A DNA stretch of 64,000 nucleotides from an uncultured Candidatus Saccharibacteria bacterium (lineage in GTDB: Bacteria; Patescibacteriota; Saccharimonadia; CAILAD01; GCA-016700035): positions 21,064 to 85,063 of the forward strand of contig CAZTHB010000001.1 in NCBI GenBank assembly GCA_964613485.1, written 5' to 3'. A program made the position numbers and the translations under genes. Each line of letters begins with the position of its first letter. Positions within the stretch are counted from its first letter, which is position 1. This document shows positions 36,940-47,093 of the stretch, in pieces. Below the pieces are notes generated by a model that was not told the DNA's origin, ran no database searches, and saw only the letters and a list, made by a program, of their open reading frames with translations.

Positions 36940-37111
36940 ATCGTATCTCCTTTACAAATACCTTGCCCTTCCCATCGAGTATACCTTCCAAAAAGAAAAG
37001 CCCCTCGAAGAGCCTCGGTGTTATTTCGCAGGTTGTTATCCTTGTCGTGGTGTATTATATACAGCTGATATTTAGCTGGTCAAGCGATTTTCAGCCTGAT
37101 TCTCATCGATG

Positions 37112-38956
37112 CTAGCGTGGTTGTTTCCCAACGGTAAAATACCACTTCAAAGTGTCACGCACTGCTGGCAAAGCAAATTCAGCTCCTTCCCCTGAATTTT
37201 CGACCAAAGCCACCACCAAGATCTCAGGATTGTCACTCGGCGCAAACGCTTCAAACCATGCATGTGGTTTAGTGCGAGGATTTTTGCCATCGAAGCCTTC
37301 AGAGCTCGTCTCGGCAGTACCGGTCTTGCCGCTCACTGGCACTGGCACCTCCCGATTCATCGAACAGCAACCCGTACCCTCAAGAACGGTCAGGCGCATA
37401 CCTTGGTTCACGATATCGATGTTTGCCTGACTAATAAACCCTTCTCGAACTACCTGTGGCTTCACTTCTCGGACCACCGCACCGTGTTGATCAACCACTG
37501 CACTTACCATGTGCGGCTGCATGATTTTACCGCCATTCGCAAATGCGCTCAACGCAACTGCAAGCTGCAATGGGGATACGCGCAAGTCATCTTGGCCGAT
37601 CGAGATATTATACGTATTTCCCGTACCCCATTCCTCGCCAGTCTGCTGCTTGCGCTTCTCCGGAGTCGGTACATACCCAATAGCCTCATCACCGCTATCA
37701 AGTCCTGTCTTACGGCCAAAGCCAAAAAGATCGTAATACTTCAGCAGGCGTGCTGCCCCCAACCCCTTAAAGTCTTTGTAGCCACCGCCGATATAATAGA
37801 AAAACACATCGGAGCTAAATGAAATTGCCCGATACACATTCACAAGACCCAACCCTTCTGGCTTCCAGCCCTTGAATGTATAAACTATCGAAGGATCATA
37901 AATATTCGCGACATCAATCTTGCCAGTATCATTAATTGTCGTACTGGGCGTAATCACCCCCTCTTGGAGGGCGATTGCTGAAACCATCGGTTTAATCGTT
38001 GAACCAATAGGGTACCCTCCGGCAGCAACTTTGTTAAAAAGTGGCCTATCGGTATTTGCAACTAAGGCTGAATACTCTGCCTGCTTGATCCCTTTTGCAA
38101 ATAGGTTTGTGTCATATGTCGGGAGATTTACCGCTGCCAAGATCTCGCCTGTTTTTGGGTTCATAGCAACACCAGCTGCACGAGTACTTCCAGCCGCTGT
38201 CATATATTTAGTAAGACTCTCAGCCATAACCTTCTCAAGCCCAAAATCAATACTTAATCGCAACGAGTTCCCGGGACTTGCATCTTTACTTGCCAATACT
38301 TTTATCGGCTTACCAGTGGAGTCTACTTCTGTCTGCTCCGCTCCATCCTTTCCCCGCAGGTCATTTTCATAGGCTCGTTCGATCCCAAGCTTACCTATGT
38401 AATCAGTTTGCTGATAGGTTGGGTGGGTTTTCAAATCTTCGGCCGAGACCCGCCCCGTATAACCAAGAAAATGCGCGAGATAACCCTGATCAACATACTC
38501 TCGCACCGGATTAGTATCGAGATTTATACCCTGCAGCTCATTGATATTTTCTTCGATCGACAAGGCGACATCTCGCTCTACATTTGGCTGAATAAGTACG
38601 GGCGATGGGGACTGTCGACCGTCTTTCTCTATAAAAGTACGTATGTCCTCAATAGGCTTTTGCAAGATTTGACTCAGCTTCGCGTAAACAGGGTCTCGAT
38701 CCTGAGGTTTTTTAGGCATACGTGCGGGTACAGCAACTAAATCGAAGTTTGCGACATTACGTGCTAGTAATGTACCGTTACGATCATATATAGCGCCACG
38801 TGGTGCGCGCAAAACAGTCTGACGCACGCGATTGCCGTCAGCCAAAGCTTGGTAGCGTGATCCCTGAATGAGCTGCAGTTGAGCAAGTTGAGCAAGGAGA
38901 ATGATGGCCACCAACGACACCGCTGCGATAAACCAACGAATATATCCTGACTGCAT
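37112..38956 (-). CDS. mrdA: Penicillin-binding protein 2 (elongasome transpeptidase)
   Basis: SxxK active site GSTIKPM, 614 aa with an N-terminal TM helix. Downstream of mreBCD. Confidence 0.85.
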   Translation of the reverse strand: MQSGYIRWFIAAVSLVAIILLAQLAQLQLIQGSRYQALADGNRVRQTVLRAPRGAIYDRNGTLLARNVANFDLVAVPARMPKKPQDRDPVYAKLSQILQKPIEDIRTFIEKDGRQSPSPVLIQPNVERDVALSIEENINELQGINLDTNPVREYVDQGYLAHFLGYTGRVSAEDLKTHPTYQQTDYIGKLGIERAYENDLRGKDGAEQTEVDSTGKPIKVLASKDASPGNSLRLSIDFGLEKVMAESLTKYMTAAGSTRAAGVAMNPKTGEILAAVNLPTYDTNLFAKGIKQAEYSALVANTDRPLFNKVAAGGYPIGSTIKPMVSAIALQEGVITPSTTINDTGKIDVANIYDPSIVYTFKGWKPEGLGLVNVYRAISFSSDVFFYYIGGGYKDFKGLGAARLLKYYDLFGFGRKTGLDSGDEAIGYVPTPEKRKQQTGEEWGTGNTYNISIGQDDLRVSPLQLAVALSAFANGGKIMQPHMVSAVVDQHGAVVREVKPQVVREGFISQANIDIVNQGMRLTVLEGTGCCSMNREVPVPVSGKTGTAETSSEGFDGKNPRTKPHAWFEAFAPSDNPEILVVALVENSGEGAEFALPAVRDTLKWYFTVGKQPR

Positions 38957-39122
38957 CGTCTGCTCCGATGCGACTGATTCACCGCTGCCTGGTAGGACTG
39001 CTTGTGACCAGGTTTCACTACCTTGAATTGCTAGCTCATGCTTATTGCGTGGTCGCTTGAGAACTAGCTTACTCGATGTGTTACCAAAGATTGCTCGTTT
39101 GATGCGCGCCCCTCCTTCTTGA

Positions 39123-39623
39123 CTATAATCTCGGTAGTTTGTACTGACCTACCGTTTCGCGTCCCGCAAAAAGAATAAAGTACCCGAACGCGATACTGGC
39201 TACATTATACACGCTCTCGACAGCAGCGCGCGCCATTACCGTCACAATACCACTAGCCAACACCGAACTCGATAACGCAAGGGTTGTAGCAAGGTTATAA
39301 GCAAGCGTGATACAAATCCCCAGCACTATCAATAAACCAGCCTGACTCGTCTCGCTCGCTTGACGAAGCACGACTTTACCAACCAATACAATCAACAAGC
39401 ATGTGATAATCTGTGTGCCAGTTGGCGTAAGAGCAGCTACTTCAAGCACAATCCCAAGACTAATCGCATAGATTGCCAGATCCTCAAAACTCCAGCGATT
39501 GAGCAGCACTACCAGCGTGACGATCGCGAGGTTTGGCACAACCGCGTGAGGGCTTAACCCGTGCAAACTAATCTGTATGCAGCCCACGAATACTGCTAAT
39601 AATATGACGCCAAATCGCCGCAT
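39123..39623 (-). CDS. mreD: Rod shape-determining protein MreD
   Basis: 166-aa polytopic hydrophobic protein immediately after mreC. Confidence 0.65.
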   Translation of the reverse strand: MRRFGVILLAVFVGCIQISLHGLSPHAVVPNLAIVTLVVLLNRWSFEDLAIYAISLGIVLEVAALTPTGTQIITCLLIVLVGKVVLRQASETSQAGLLIVLGICITLAYNLATTLALSSSVLASGIVTVMARAAVESVYNVASIAFGYFILFAGRETVGQYKLPRL

Positions 39624-39626
39624 CAG

Positions 39627-40421
39627 CTACGGCGCCTTCACTACAAAAGCGACTTCGAGGCGAGCAAAGTTGAGTGCCGACTTCACGCTCGCAGCTTGAA
39701 ATACTTCATTATCACTTTGCGCAATCGAATCAACCGATCCTATCAGGAGTCCCCTGGGAATCTTATCTGAGCCCGCCGTCAATACATTCTCTCCCCGATC
39801 AATCTTTTCGCTCTGCGCAATCTGTTCAAATCGTAAGCCACTACCAAGCTGTCCTCTCAAAATACCCCGGGCGCGCTCAGTCTGACTGATGGCTTGAACA
39901 CGGAATTCTGGATCTGTCACTAGAAATACCACCGCCGAATGATCTTGCACGCGAGCGACTTTGCCAATAAATATCCCCGAGCTGACCACCGCCTGATCAA
40001 CCTGCACCCCGTCTACACTTCCTCGATCGATCACAAGAGCATGGCGAATATTATCTGGTTCATAGGCGGTAATGCTCGCGCCAATCAACGACAAACCCTG
40101 TTGCTTCTGGAAATTAAGCTGTTCTCTAAGAAGCCCATTCTCATGTTCGACCTCTTTGAGCCGACTCATTTCTGACTGCTGTTCGGTCAATTGACGCTCA
40201 AGGCGTTTATTATCCCCAGACAGCCTGCCGAGCGAGAAGAGAGTATTCCACCCATCACCAATACCACGAAACACCCCGCTCAGCGTGCGTGTAATCGGAG
40301 TCGTGATCGTATCGACTACGATACCAATCGGACGCCACAACCCTGTCACCTGCAATATGGTCACGAGACCAGCCACAACTAAAGCTCCTAGGATCGCAAA
40401 CCTGATATTTCGATGCTGCAT
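39627..40421 (-). CDS. mreC: Rod shape-determining protein MreC
   Basis: N-terminal TM helix, coiled coil (LERQLTEQQSEMSRLKEVEHEN), then a beta-rich domain. Confidence 0.8.
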   Translation of the reverse strand: MQHRNIRFAILGALVVAGLVTILQVTGLWRPIGIVVDTITTPITRTLSGVFRGIGDGWNTLFSLGRLSGDNKRLERQLTEQQSEMSRLKEVEHENGLLREQLNFQKQQGLSLIGASITAYEPDNIRHALVIDRGSVDGVQVDQAVVSSGIFIGKVARVQDHSAVVFLVTDPEFRVQAISQTERARGILRGQLGSGLRFEQIAQSEKIDRGENVLTAGSDKIPRGLLIGSVDSIAQSDNEVFQAASVKSALNFARLEVAFVVKAP

Positions 40422-40459
40422 TATCCCTCCAGAATACGCGATTAATATTGTGATTTGGC

Positions 40460-41530
40460 TTAGCGTGGTGTTTTTTCGTATTGAGTCGTCACGAGCACAT
40501 CCTTAAGTACATCGATGTCCTCGAGAACCGCCCCCGTACCTCGCGCAACAGCCGTCAAAGGATCATCCGCGATTACTACCGGCATCTTGGTCTGGGTAGT
40601 TAATAGCTTGTCTAGGCCACGCAAGAGCGCACCACCACCAGCTAAATACACCCCCTTATCCATAATATCTGCGATGAGCTCTGGCGGAGTTTCTTCGATT
40701 GTATCCTTCACGGCATTCACGATCGCCTTAACTGACTTTGATAACGCTACACGCACCTGATCAGAATTGATGATCACTTCTTTCGGCAACCCCGTCACAA
40801 TGTCACGCCCGCGTATCGGTGCTTCGAGCATAGTATCAAGGTCGGTAGCAGAACCAACTGAAATCTTGATCGCTTCAGCGGTGCGTTCGCCTACTTGTAA
40901 ATTAAATTCTTCCTTCGCATACGCGATAATGTCTTCGGTGAGCTCATCCCCGGCGATGCGAATCGAACGAGACGCCACTATGCCACCGAGAGAGATAACC
41001 GCCACTTCACTCGTGCCACCACCAATGTCGACTATCATACTACCGGCTGCGTCATGTACAGGCATACCCGATCCGACTGCTGCCGCCATCGGCTCTTCGA
41101 TCAGATAAGCTGCACGCGCACCCGCATTCATCGCAGCATCTTCTACGGCACGTTTTTCGACCTCAGTTACTCCCGACGGAATCCCGATCACCACTCGCGG
41201 TCGCGGGATAAGGACAAAGTTGTCTTTATGAACCTTATCGATGAAGTACTTGAGCATCTGCTCAGTGACCTCAAAGTCCGAGACTACACCGTCAACAAGC
41301 GGCCGATTTGCTACGATATTGGCCGGCGTCTTGCCTACCATACGCTTGGCTTCATCGCCGATGGCGAGAATTTGCTTGGTCTTCGTATTGATCGCAACTA
41401 CACTCGGCTCATTAATCACGATGCCCTTCCCGCGCACATACACCAAAGTATTAGCTGTCCCCAAATCGATACCTATATCGTGAGACAGCCGCCCAAACAA
41501 ATGTGAAAAAGGAAGACGGGGCAGTTGCAT
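40460..41530 (-). CDS. mreB: Rod shape-determining protein MreB, paralog 2 (in the mreBCD-mrdA operon)
   Basis: IGIDLGTANTLVYVRGKGIVINEPSVVAI ... DIGGGTSEVAVISLGG. Confidence 0.85.
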   Translation of the reverse strand: MQLPRLPFSHLFGRLSHDIGIDLGTANTLVYVRGKGIVINEPSVVAINTKTKQILAIGDEAKRMVGKTPANIVANRPLVDGVVSDFEVTEQMLKYFIDKVHKDNFVLIPRPRVVIGIPSGVTEVEKRAVEDAAMNAGARAAYLIEEPMAAAVGSGMPVHDAAGSMIVDIGGGTSEVAVISLGGIVASRSIRIAGDELTEDIIAYAKEEFNLQVGERTAEAIKISVGSATDLDTMLEAPIRGRDIVTGLPKEVIINSDQVRVALSKSVKAIVNAVKDTIEETPPELIADIMDKGVYLAGGGALLRGLDKLLTTQTKMPVVIADDPLTAVARGTGAVLEDIDVLKDVLVTTQYEKTPR

Positions 41531-41580
41531 ACTTATTCTCCAGTCTACCTGGTATCAGGAGTGGCTACAAGGCATCTGCT

Positions 41581-42330
41581 CTAATTCGGTATCTGTAAAA
41601 TAAACCAAAAAGCGATTGCATTATTCAGCATATGAAGCAAAATGCCCGGATAGAGACTCTGACTCCTCTGATATAGCCAGGCAAGTAGCAGTCCGAGCAA
41701 AAAAGTATAAATACCGACGTTAAGCTGCCCGTGCAGCCACCCAAAAGCCGCCGAAGAAACGACCGCTGCAAGCCATATCGGCCAACGCGACGCCAGCGCT
41801 CGGAACATAATCCCCCTAAATATCAATTCCTCCACAACCGGTGCAATACCAACTGCCGCAATGAAGCTAGCCACGACCGCCCAGTGCGTCTTACCAAAGC
41901 CCAACACATCCTGAGCCTGATCAAGATTTGTGGACGGACTCACCACCTGTATCACGGTAAAAACCACTACCACCAACATCATCTGTGCGATATACAATCC
42001 GAGCACAGCAAAAATCCAGCCCCAATGGAAGCGCTGCAAGCCGAGATCCTGGATGCGAAGCTTGCGCCAGCGCATTAACCCGACAATAATGCCGACCTCA
42101 ATAGCGAGCGCTACAGCATATTGCACGAACGCAGCAAATGGATCATCGCGGACAAATATCCTACCCATCGACATTGATATAAAGCCGGCCCTACCGAATA
42201 GATAGACAGCGATCGCAACCACGAGTGGCAACACTGCTACACCTAGATATGCGATCAGTGCATCAATCGGCCGCCATGAGCCATGAGTGCGCTGAACCTG
42301 CATAGCGGGCTGTGACATTACTAACGCCAA
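41581..42330 (-). CDS. CPBP-family intramembrane protease (CAAX/Abi-like)
   Basis: Motifs EELIFRG, FxxxH (AAFGWLHG) and HxxxN (LLHMLNNAIA). Confidence 0.7.
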   Translation of the reverse strand: MALVMSQPAMQVQRTHGSWRPIDALIAYLGVAVLPLVVAIAVYLFGRAGFISMSMGRIFVRDDPFAAFVQYAVALAIEVGIIVGLMRWRKLRIQDLGLQRFHWGWIFAVLGLYIAQMMLVVVVFTVIQVVSPSTNLDQAQDVLGFGKTHWAVVASFIAAVGIAPVVEELIFRGIMFRALASRWPIWLAAVVSSAAFGWLHGQLNVGIYTFLLGLLLAWLYQRSQSLYPGILLHMLNNAIAFWFILQIPN

Positions 42331-43403
42331 ATTCGGGAGATGTCAGAGATAGCCACGACAATTCCGAGCGCCATCAAAGCAACGAAACCAATAGTGTGAG
42401 CCCAGGACTCGTGGTGATCACCCATAGGGACGCCCACCTTGCGTAAGAGAATTACCGCCAAGCGACCACCATCGAGGGCCGGGATTGGCAGTGCATTGAG
42501 AATACCAAGTGAGAGAGAAATCGAAGCAACCAGAGCCACAAAGTAGTCCCAGCCAAACTTGATAACTTGCGGCGCGGCGGCGGCAATACCGATTGGCCCC
42601 ACCAAGCCATCATTTACCTTGGCTGTAGTAAATATTTGCCAGATAGAGCTGAAGAACATCGGTACCGATACAGCAATCGTCTTCCACATCAAAGCTAAAC
42701 TCGCCAATGGTGCCGCCCACCACACGTAGCGCTCCTTTTGCTGCGAAATTGCTGCGACCCCAAGAATCCCCTTGTCTGCATCTGCCCCAAGTGTCACAGT
42801 CGCTGACTTGACCTCACCACTACGCTCATATTCCACGGCAACCGTTTGTCCGGCTCGTTCCCGAGTAGCGGCCCGCAGCTCTTCTTCGGTCTGCGGAGAT
42901 ACCGTATCAATGCGCTTCATGGTATCGCCATTTTGTAACCCCGCTCTATCGGCAGCAGAATCAGGATTTACCGAATAAACCACCAGGCGATTTGGGCCTG
43001 CAGCGATCGGCTGAATAGCACCCATACGAGGTAGATCAAACGGAAAAATATTTGCCATGCCCACTATACACAAGATCGTAAACAGCACCCATGCAATCAA
43101 GAAATTCATCGTGACGCCTGCCATGAGCACTTTCGTCTTCACCCAGACTGACTTGACCGCAAAACTATCCTTGGCGCGGCTTTCATTTTCTTCCCCTTCG
43201 AGACGCACAAACCCGCCAAGCGGCAGCCAGTTTATTGTGTACTCAGTCTCACCACGCTTGAAGCCGAATGCCTTAGGCGGAAACCCGATGCCAAACTCAT
43301 GCACCTTGATACCATTTCGTTTCGCTACGATGAAATGGCCGAATTCATGCGCGATCACCAGCGCTGAAAAGGCAAATATAACAAGCAGAATCATCCAGAC
43401 CAT
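42321..43403 (-). CDS. rseP: Site-2 protease (M50 zinc metalloprotease, RseP-like) with PDZ domain
   Basis: HEFGHFIVA (HExxH) near the N-terminus and a distal LDG motif (ALPIPALDGG). Confidence 0.8.
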   Translation of the reverse strand: MVWMILLVIFAFSALVIAHEFGHFIVAKRNGIKVHEFGIGFPPKAFGFKRGETEYTINWLPLGGFVRLEGEENESRAKDSFAVKSVWVKTKVLMAGVTMNFLIAWVLFTILCIVGMANIFPFDLPRMGAIQPIAAGPNRLVVYSVNPDSAADRAGLQNGDTMKRIDTVSPQTEEELRAATRERAGQTVAVEYERSGEVKSATVTLGADADKGILGVAAISQQKERYVWWAAPLASLALMWKTIAVSVPMFFSSIWQIFTTAKVNDGLVGPIGIAAAAPQVIKFGWDYFVALVASISLSLGILNALPIPALDGGRLAVILLRKVGVPMGDHHESWAHTIGFVALMALGIVVAISDISRIWR

Positions 43404-43487
43404 ATATACATAGTATATACGAAAAAATGAAAACTGACTGAGAGCTATTTCTCAGCCAGTGTGTACTCACTTGTTATCTGTACGTCT

Positions 43488-43904
43488 TTAGTCGGACACT
43501 TCGGGATATTGATCTGGACGATCGAGGTAGTATTGCAGCCACGGACTGTCTTCCGGCACAGTTACGGTATCAATGAAATACCGCTCACGGAATTTCCCCC
43601 GTTTGAGACTCTTGCGAACTTTTGCCGAATTGAGTTGCCTCCGCGTAAGCCGTCGCAAGACGAGAATGTCGTCGATGATTGCCTCGAGATCTCCGAGCTC
43701 ACTCAATAGCTCATCGTCGGACGTATCGCCTATCTTCGCTGCCTCTGATGCCTCTTCTACTAACTTTATAAGCAGCGTACGCAGATACCGCTCATTATCT
43801 TCCAGAATCTCGAACGCCACCTCATCACCATCTGCCAGCATCTCGGGCACGATCTTGTCACGAACCAATTTGCCATATCGAAAGGTACGCCCTTTGTTTT
43901 TCAT
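43488..43904 (-). CDS. MazG-like nucleotide pyrophosphohydrolase-domain protein (tentative)
   Basis: YGKLVRDKIVPEM N-terminus and acidic EExxE-type helices. 138 aa. Confidence 0.4.
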   Translation of the reverse strand: MKNKGRTFRYGKLVRDKIVPEMLADGDEVAFEILEDNERYLRTLLIKLVEEASEAAKIGDTSDDELLSELGDLEAIIDDILVLRRLTRRQLNSAKVRKSLKRGKFRERYFIDTVTVPEDSPWLQYYLDRPDQYPEVSD

Positions 43905-43916
43905 CTCTGCATAATA

Positions 43917-43946
43917 CCAAAAAGCCCCAGAATTTGGGGCTTTTGC
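43917..43946. terminator. Intrinsic terminator downstream of frr
   Basis: aaaagcccc-agaatt-tggggctttt with T-tracts on both strands. Confidence 0.6.
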
Positions 43947-43965
43947 GTCGTTTTTGACTCAGATA

Positions 43966-44523
43966 TTAGACAGTCATCAGTTCTTGCTTCTTTTCATCGT
44001 GAAGCTTCAGCGCATCAGCCTGGTACTTACGAATGAGTTCATCAAGCTGTTTTTCAGTCTTGAAGTACTCGTCTTCAGGTATACTCCCATCTTCTTTGCC
44101 CTTCTTAGCATCCTTCAGCCCGTCATGACGAGCATTGCGCAAGCTGATATGACATTCTTCAAGCTTCTCTGCGATCAGTTTGACCAGACTCTGGCGACGC
44201 TCTTCGGTCATAGCAGGCATCTGCATACGCACCATCGTGCCGTCGGTGGCCGGACTCAAACCGAGCGCTTCATTCTCACGAATTGCCTTTTCTACAGCTG
44301 CAACATTCTGAGCATCCCACACCTGGATCTGAATCGTCTTCGGATCGGGCGCAGAAACAGTGCCAACCGCCTTAACTGGCATTTCTTGCCCATATACATT
44401 CACCGACAGAAAATCCACGAGTCCCGGATGTGCACGACCAGCTTGTACGTTTTTGAGCTCCCTATCGAAGTGCTCGAAAGAATCTTTCATGAGATTTTCA
44501 CTAGATTTGAGTATATCTTGCAT
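43966..44523 (-). CDS. frr: Ribosome recycling factor
   Basis: 185 aa with DSFEHFDRELKNVQAGRAHPGLVDFLSVNVYG. Confidence 0.9.
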   Translation of the reverse strand: MQDILKSSENLMKDSFEHFDRELKNVQAGRAHPGLVDFLSVNVYGQEMPVKAVGTVSAPDPKTIQIQVWDAQNVAAVEKAIRENEALGLSPATDGTMVRMQMPAMTEERRQSLVKLIAEKLEECHISLRNARHDGLKDAKKGKEDGSIPEDEYFKTEKQLDELIRKYQADALKLHDEKKQELMTV

Positions 44524-44541
44524 GGCTCTATTGTACGCCGA

Positions 44542-45126
44542 TTATTGACCGAGTTCGATACGAGTGAAGCGACGAACGACGATATTCTCACCAAGCTTAC
44601 CAATAACGCTCTTGACGTACTCATCAATAGTCATCGAGTCGTCCTTATAGAAGGGCTGCTCGAGCAAGCAAGCACCTGCTAGCCATTTATCAACTTTACC
44701 TTCGACGATCTTGCCGGCATGCTCAGCCGGCTTGCCAGATTCTTTGACTTCTTCTTCGAAGAGGCTTTTTTCTTTCGCCATAACCTCTTCTGACACTTCA
44801 TCACGCTTAACATACTGAGGACTCATAGCCGCGATGTGCAGAGCAAGCTCTTCGACAAGATTTTGAAAGTCTTCGGTCTTGACGACGAAATCTGTCTCAC
44901 AGTTTACCTCGACGAGTACGCCAATACGTCCACCATGGACATAGCTACCAATAAGCCCAGCGCCCGCAACACGATCAGCCTTCTTTTCAGCTTTTGCCAT
45001 ACCTTTCACACGCAGGATTTCTTGTGCTTTCTCGATATCGCCCCCGGCTTCGGTCAATGCTTCCTTAGCCTGCATCATGCCGGCGCCAGTCATCTCGCGC
45101 AGTTTCTTAATGTCTTCGATTGACAT
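44542..45126 (-). CDS. tsf: Elongation factor Ts (short, 194 aa)
   Basis: IKKLREMTGAGMMQAKEAL (UBA-like N-terminus) and LVEVNCETDFVVKTEDF. Confidence 0.85.
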   Translation of the reverse strand: MSIEDIKKLREMTGAGMMQAKEALTEAGGDIEKAQEILRVKGMAKAEKKADRVAGAGLIGSYVHGGRIGVLVEVNCETDFVVKTEDFQNLVEELALHIAAMSPQYVKRDEVSEEVMAKEKSLFEEEVKESGKPAEHAGKIVEGKVDKWLAGACLLEQPFYKDDSMTIDEYVKSVIGKLGENIVVRRFTRIELGQ

Positions 45127-45133
45127 AGATTGA

Positions 45134-45925
45134 TTAACCCTCCTGCTCTTCAGTTTTTTCAGTGTCGTTATCTGATTTCGTCTTGGCTGCGTACGCTGCT
45201 GCGCCCTTAGCAGCCGCTTGTGCGATACGGTTCACAATCAGTGCAACAGACTTCACAGCGTCATCGTTTGCTGGTACAACATACTGCACACCTTCTGGAT
45301 TTGCATTTGTATCAGCAATTGCAATTACGGGGATATTGAGATGATTTGCTTCCTTGATTGCAATTGTCTCGCGCGGAATATCGATGATAAAGAGAGCTTC
45401 AGGCAATTGTGTTAGTTCTCGTACGCCGTTGAAGGTCTTTGAGAGTTTAGCAATCTCTTCGTCACGACGAAGACGCTCTTTCTTCGTCAACTTATCTGCA
45501 GCATCATCACGCTGAGCTTCGAGCTTCTTAAGGTGACGTAAGCGGCTCGAGATCGTTTCCCAGTTTGTGAGCATACCGCCCAACCAACGATGAGTTACGT
45601 AAGGCATACCAGCGTCCTGAGCTGCCTTTTCAACAACAGCCTTTGTCTGACGCTTAGTCGCGACAAACAGAACCGCCTTGCCTTGCTCAGTAAGCTGTTC
45701 GACAAACTTCTCAGCTTCTTTCAATCGAGTTTCGGTCTGAATCAGATCAATAATGTGGATACCATTACGAGCTGAGTGAATGAATGGTGACATCTTTGGG
45801 TGCCAGCGCTCAGTCTTGTGACCGAAGTGGACACCAGCTTGAAGGAGTTCCTGAAGCGCGCTTGCACTTGGAACAGTAGTTTTCTTGACGGCTGCCTTCT
45901 TCGGAGCCGTAGTTTTTGTTGGCAT
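45134..45925 (-). CDS. rpsB: 30S ribosomal protein S2 with Lys/Ala/Thr-rich N-terminal extension
   Basis: LQELLQAGVHFGHKTERWHPKMSPFIH. The start is chosen at MPTKT, which has an AAAGGAAG RBS 5 nt upstream. Confidence 0.85.
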   Translation of the reverse strand: MPTKTTAPKKAAVKKTTVPSASALQELLQAGVHFGHKTERWHPKMSPFIHSARNGIHIIDLIQTETRLKEAEKFVEQLTEQGKAVLFVATKRQTKAVVEKAAQDAGMPYVTHRWLGGMLTNWETISSRLRHLKKLEAQRDDAADKLTKKERLRRDEEIAKLSKTFNGVRELTQLPEALFIIDIPRETIAIKEANHLNIPVIAIADTNANPEGVQYVVPANDDAVKSVALIVNRIAQAAAKGAAAYAAKTKSDNDTEKTEEQEG

Positions 45926-46268
45926 ATTGCTTCCTTTTCTCGTAGTAGCTCTTCCCAAGCGGGAGGAAGGTTTTGTGAGCTACTGAAAGATTAATTACTT
46001 TAGCCCACCTATCTTATCCTATCTGTTGTAATCTGTCAATCATTCCAAAAGTACAGAAAGTAAGCATAAGGGCTTGACAATATAGGCAGATTAGCGTATT
46101 ATACACGCCGTTCTCAAGAAATAGCGACCGTATCTGTTCGATAGGGTCTTTTTTCTTGGGAGGGTCCCTATAAAACGTTTTCTCCTGGCGACAGATAGAA
46201 AACACACGGTGACTCCTTCGGAGGGTGGAAAGGAGCAATGAACCAGTGAGCTCCGCGCTCACGATTCT

Positions 46269-46823
46269 ATGCGTACTATCCACACAGCTATGGCGGTTCT
46301 CGCCGTAGCTACACTACAGGTAACCACTCAGGTCGTGCACACTCCGGTTACCGTCCAGCTCCCTGCCCGCGTGGCACAAGCTGCGGCTTCGAGCACGCAC
46401 GCCCTCACCTTTACAACCAAATCTGCTACTCCCTTGAAGGTAGCTTCGACTGTACCGTCATTTGATGATGCTGTCGTGAAGCCCCTCAAGGCAAAACAGG
46501 AAGCTGATGCCAAGGCTAAGGCTGCCAAAAAGGTAGCCATCCGAGTTGCTACTACTATCAAGCGAACTCCTGTCATTATTGGCGGTGACGACGCTTTTGC
46601 GCAGTTGCGATTCTGTGAAGCCGGTGGTGACTACACCAAGAACACCGGTAACGGTTACTTTGGTGCCTACCAGTACAACCTGAGCACGTGGGCAAACTAT
46701 GGTGGCTTCGCGCGACCAGACCTTGCTCCACCTGAAGTTCAGGATGCCAAGGCCCGTGAGACTCAAGCCCGTCGTGGTTGGAGTCCATGGCCAGCTTGTG
46801 CCCGTAAGCTTGGTCTTTTATAA
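46269..46823 (+). CDS. Rpf-like (resuscitation-promoting-factor-type) transglycosylase-domain protein
   Basis: FCEAGGDYTKNTGNGYFGAYQYNLSTWANYGG...WSPWPAC matches the Rpf/transglycosylase-like domain signature. N-terminal signal/TM. Confidence 0.65.
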   Translation: MRTIHTAMAVLAVATLQVTTQVVHTPVTVQLPARVAQAAASSTHALTFTTKSATPLKVASTVPSFDDAVVKPLKAKQEADAKAKAAKKVAIRVATTIKRTPVIIGGDDAFAQLRFCEAGGDYTKNTGNGYFGAYQYNLSTWANYGGFARPDLAPPEVQDAKARETQARRGWSPWPACARKLGLL

Positions 46824-46852
46824 GACGAGCAATCGAACACTTGGTTCAAAGC

Positions 46853-46885
46853 AAAACCCCCTTTCTCTCGAGATTGGGGGTTTTG
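46853..46885 (+). terminator. Intrinsic terminator of the Rpf-like gene
   Basis: aaaaccccc-tttctctcgagatt-gggggtttt. Confidence 0.65.
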
Positions 46886-47093
46886 TGATGTAGTCACTGC
46901 CATACCCATCTCTCTTGACGGGTAGGCGTATAATTATACGTAAGCACTTTTCGAAAGAAATCGAGGTGTAATCGAACCTTCACCCGGGTTAAAAGGGGGA
47001 TTCTTTCGCACTCAAACCAGGCCCACTCTACGGCCAGGCACGATACAAAAGATCGAGTAATACCCGAAACAAGAACAAAAAAGGTGGAATCAC

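Noticed and set aside
36940-37111. Possible terminator/attenuator between greA and mrdA (cccctcgaagagcctcgg)
   Set aside because: The arms are not actually complementary on inspection. Only a 3-bp stem is possible.
37262-37822. 186-aa plus-strand ORF inside mrdA and similar antisense ORFs inside mreB, pyrG and secA
   Set aside because: They are fully embedded antisense to strongly supported genes (PBP2 STIK motif etc.) and have no independent signals.
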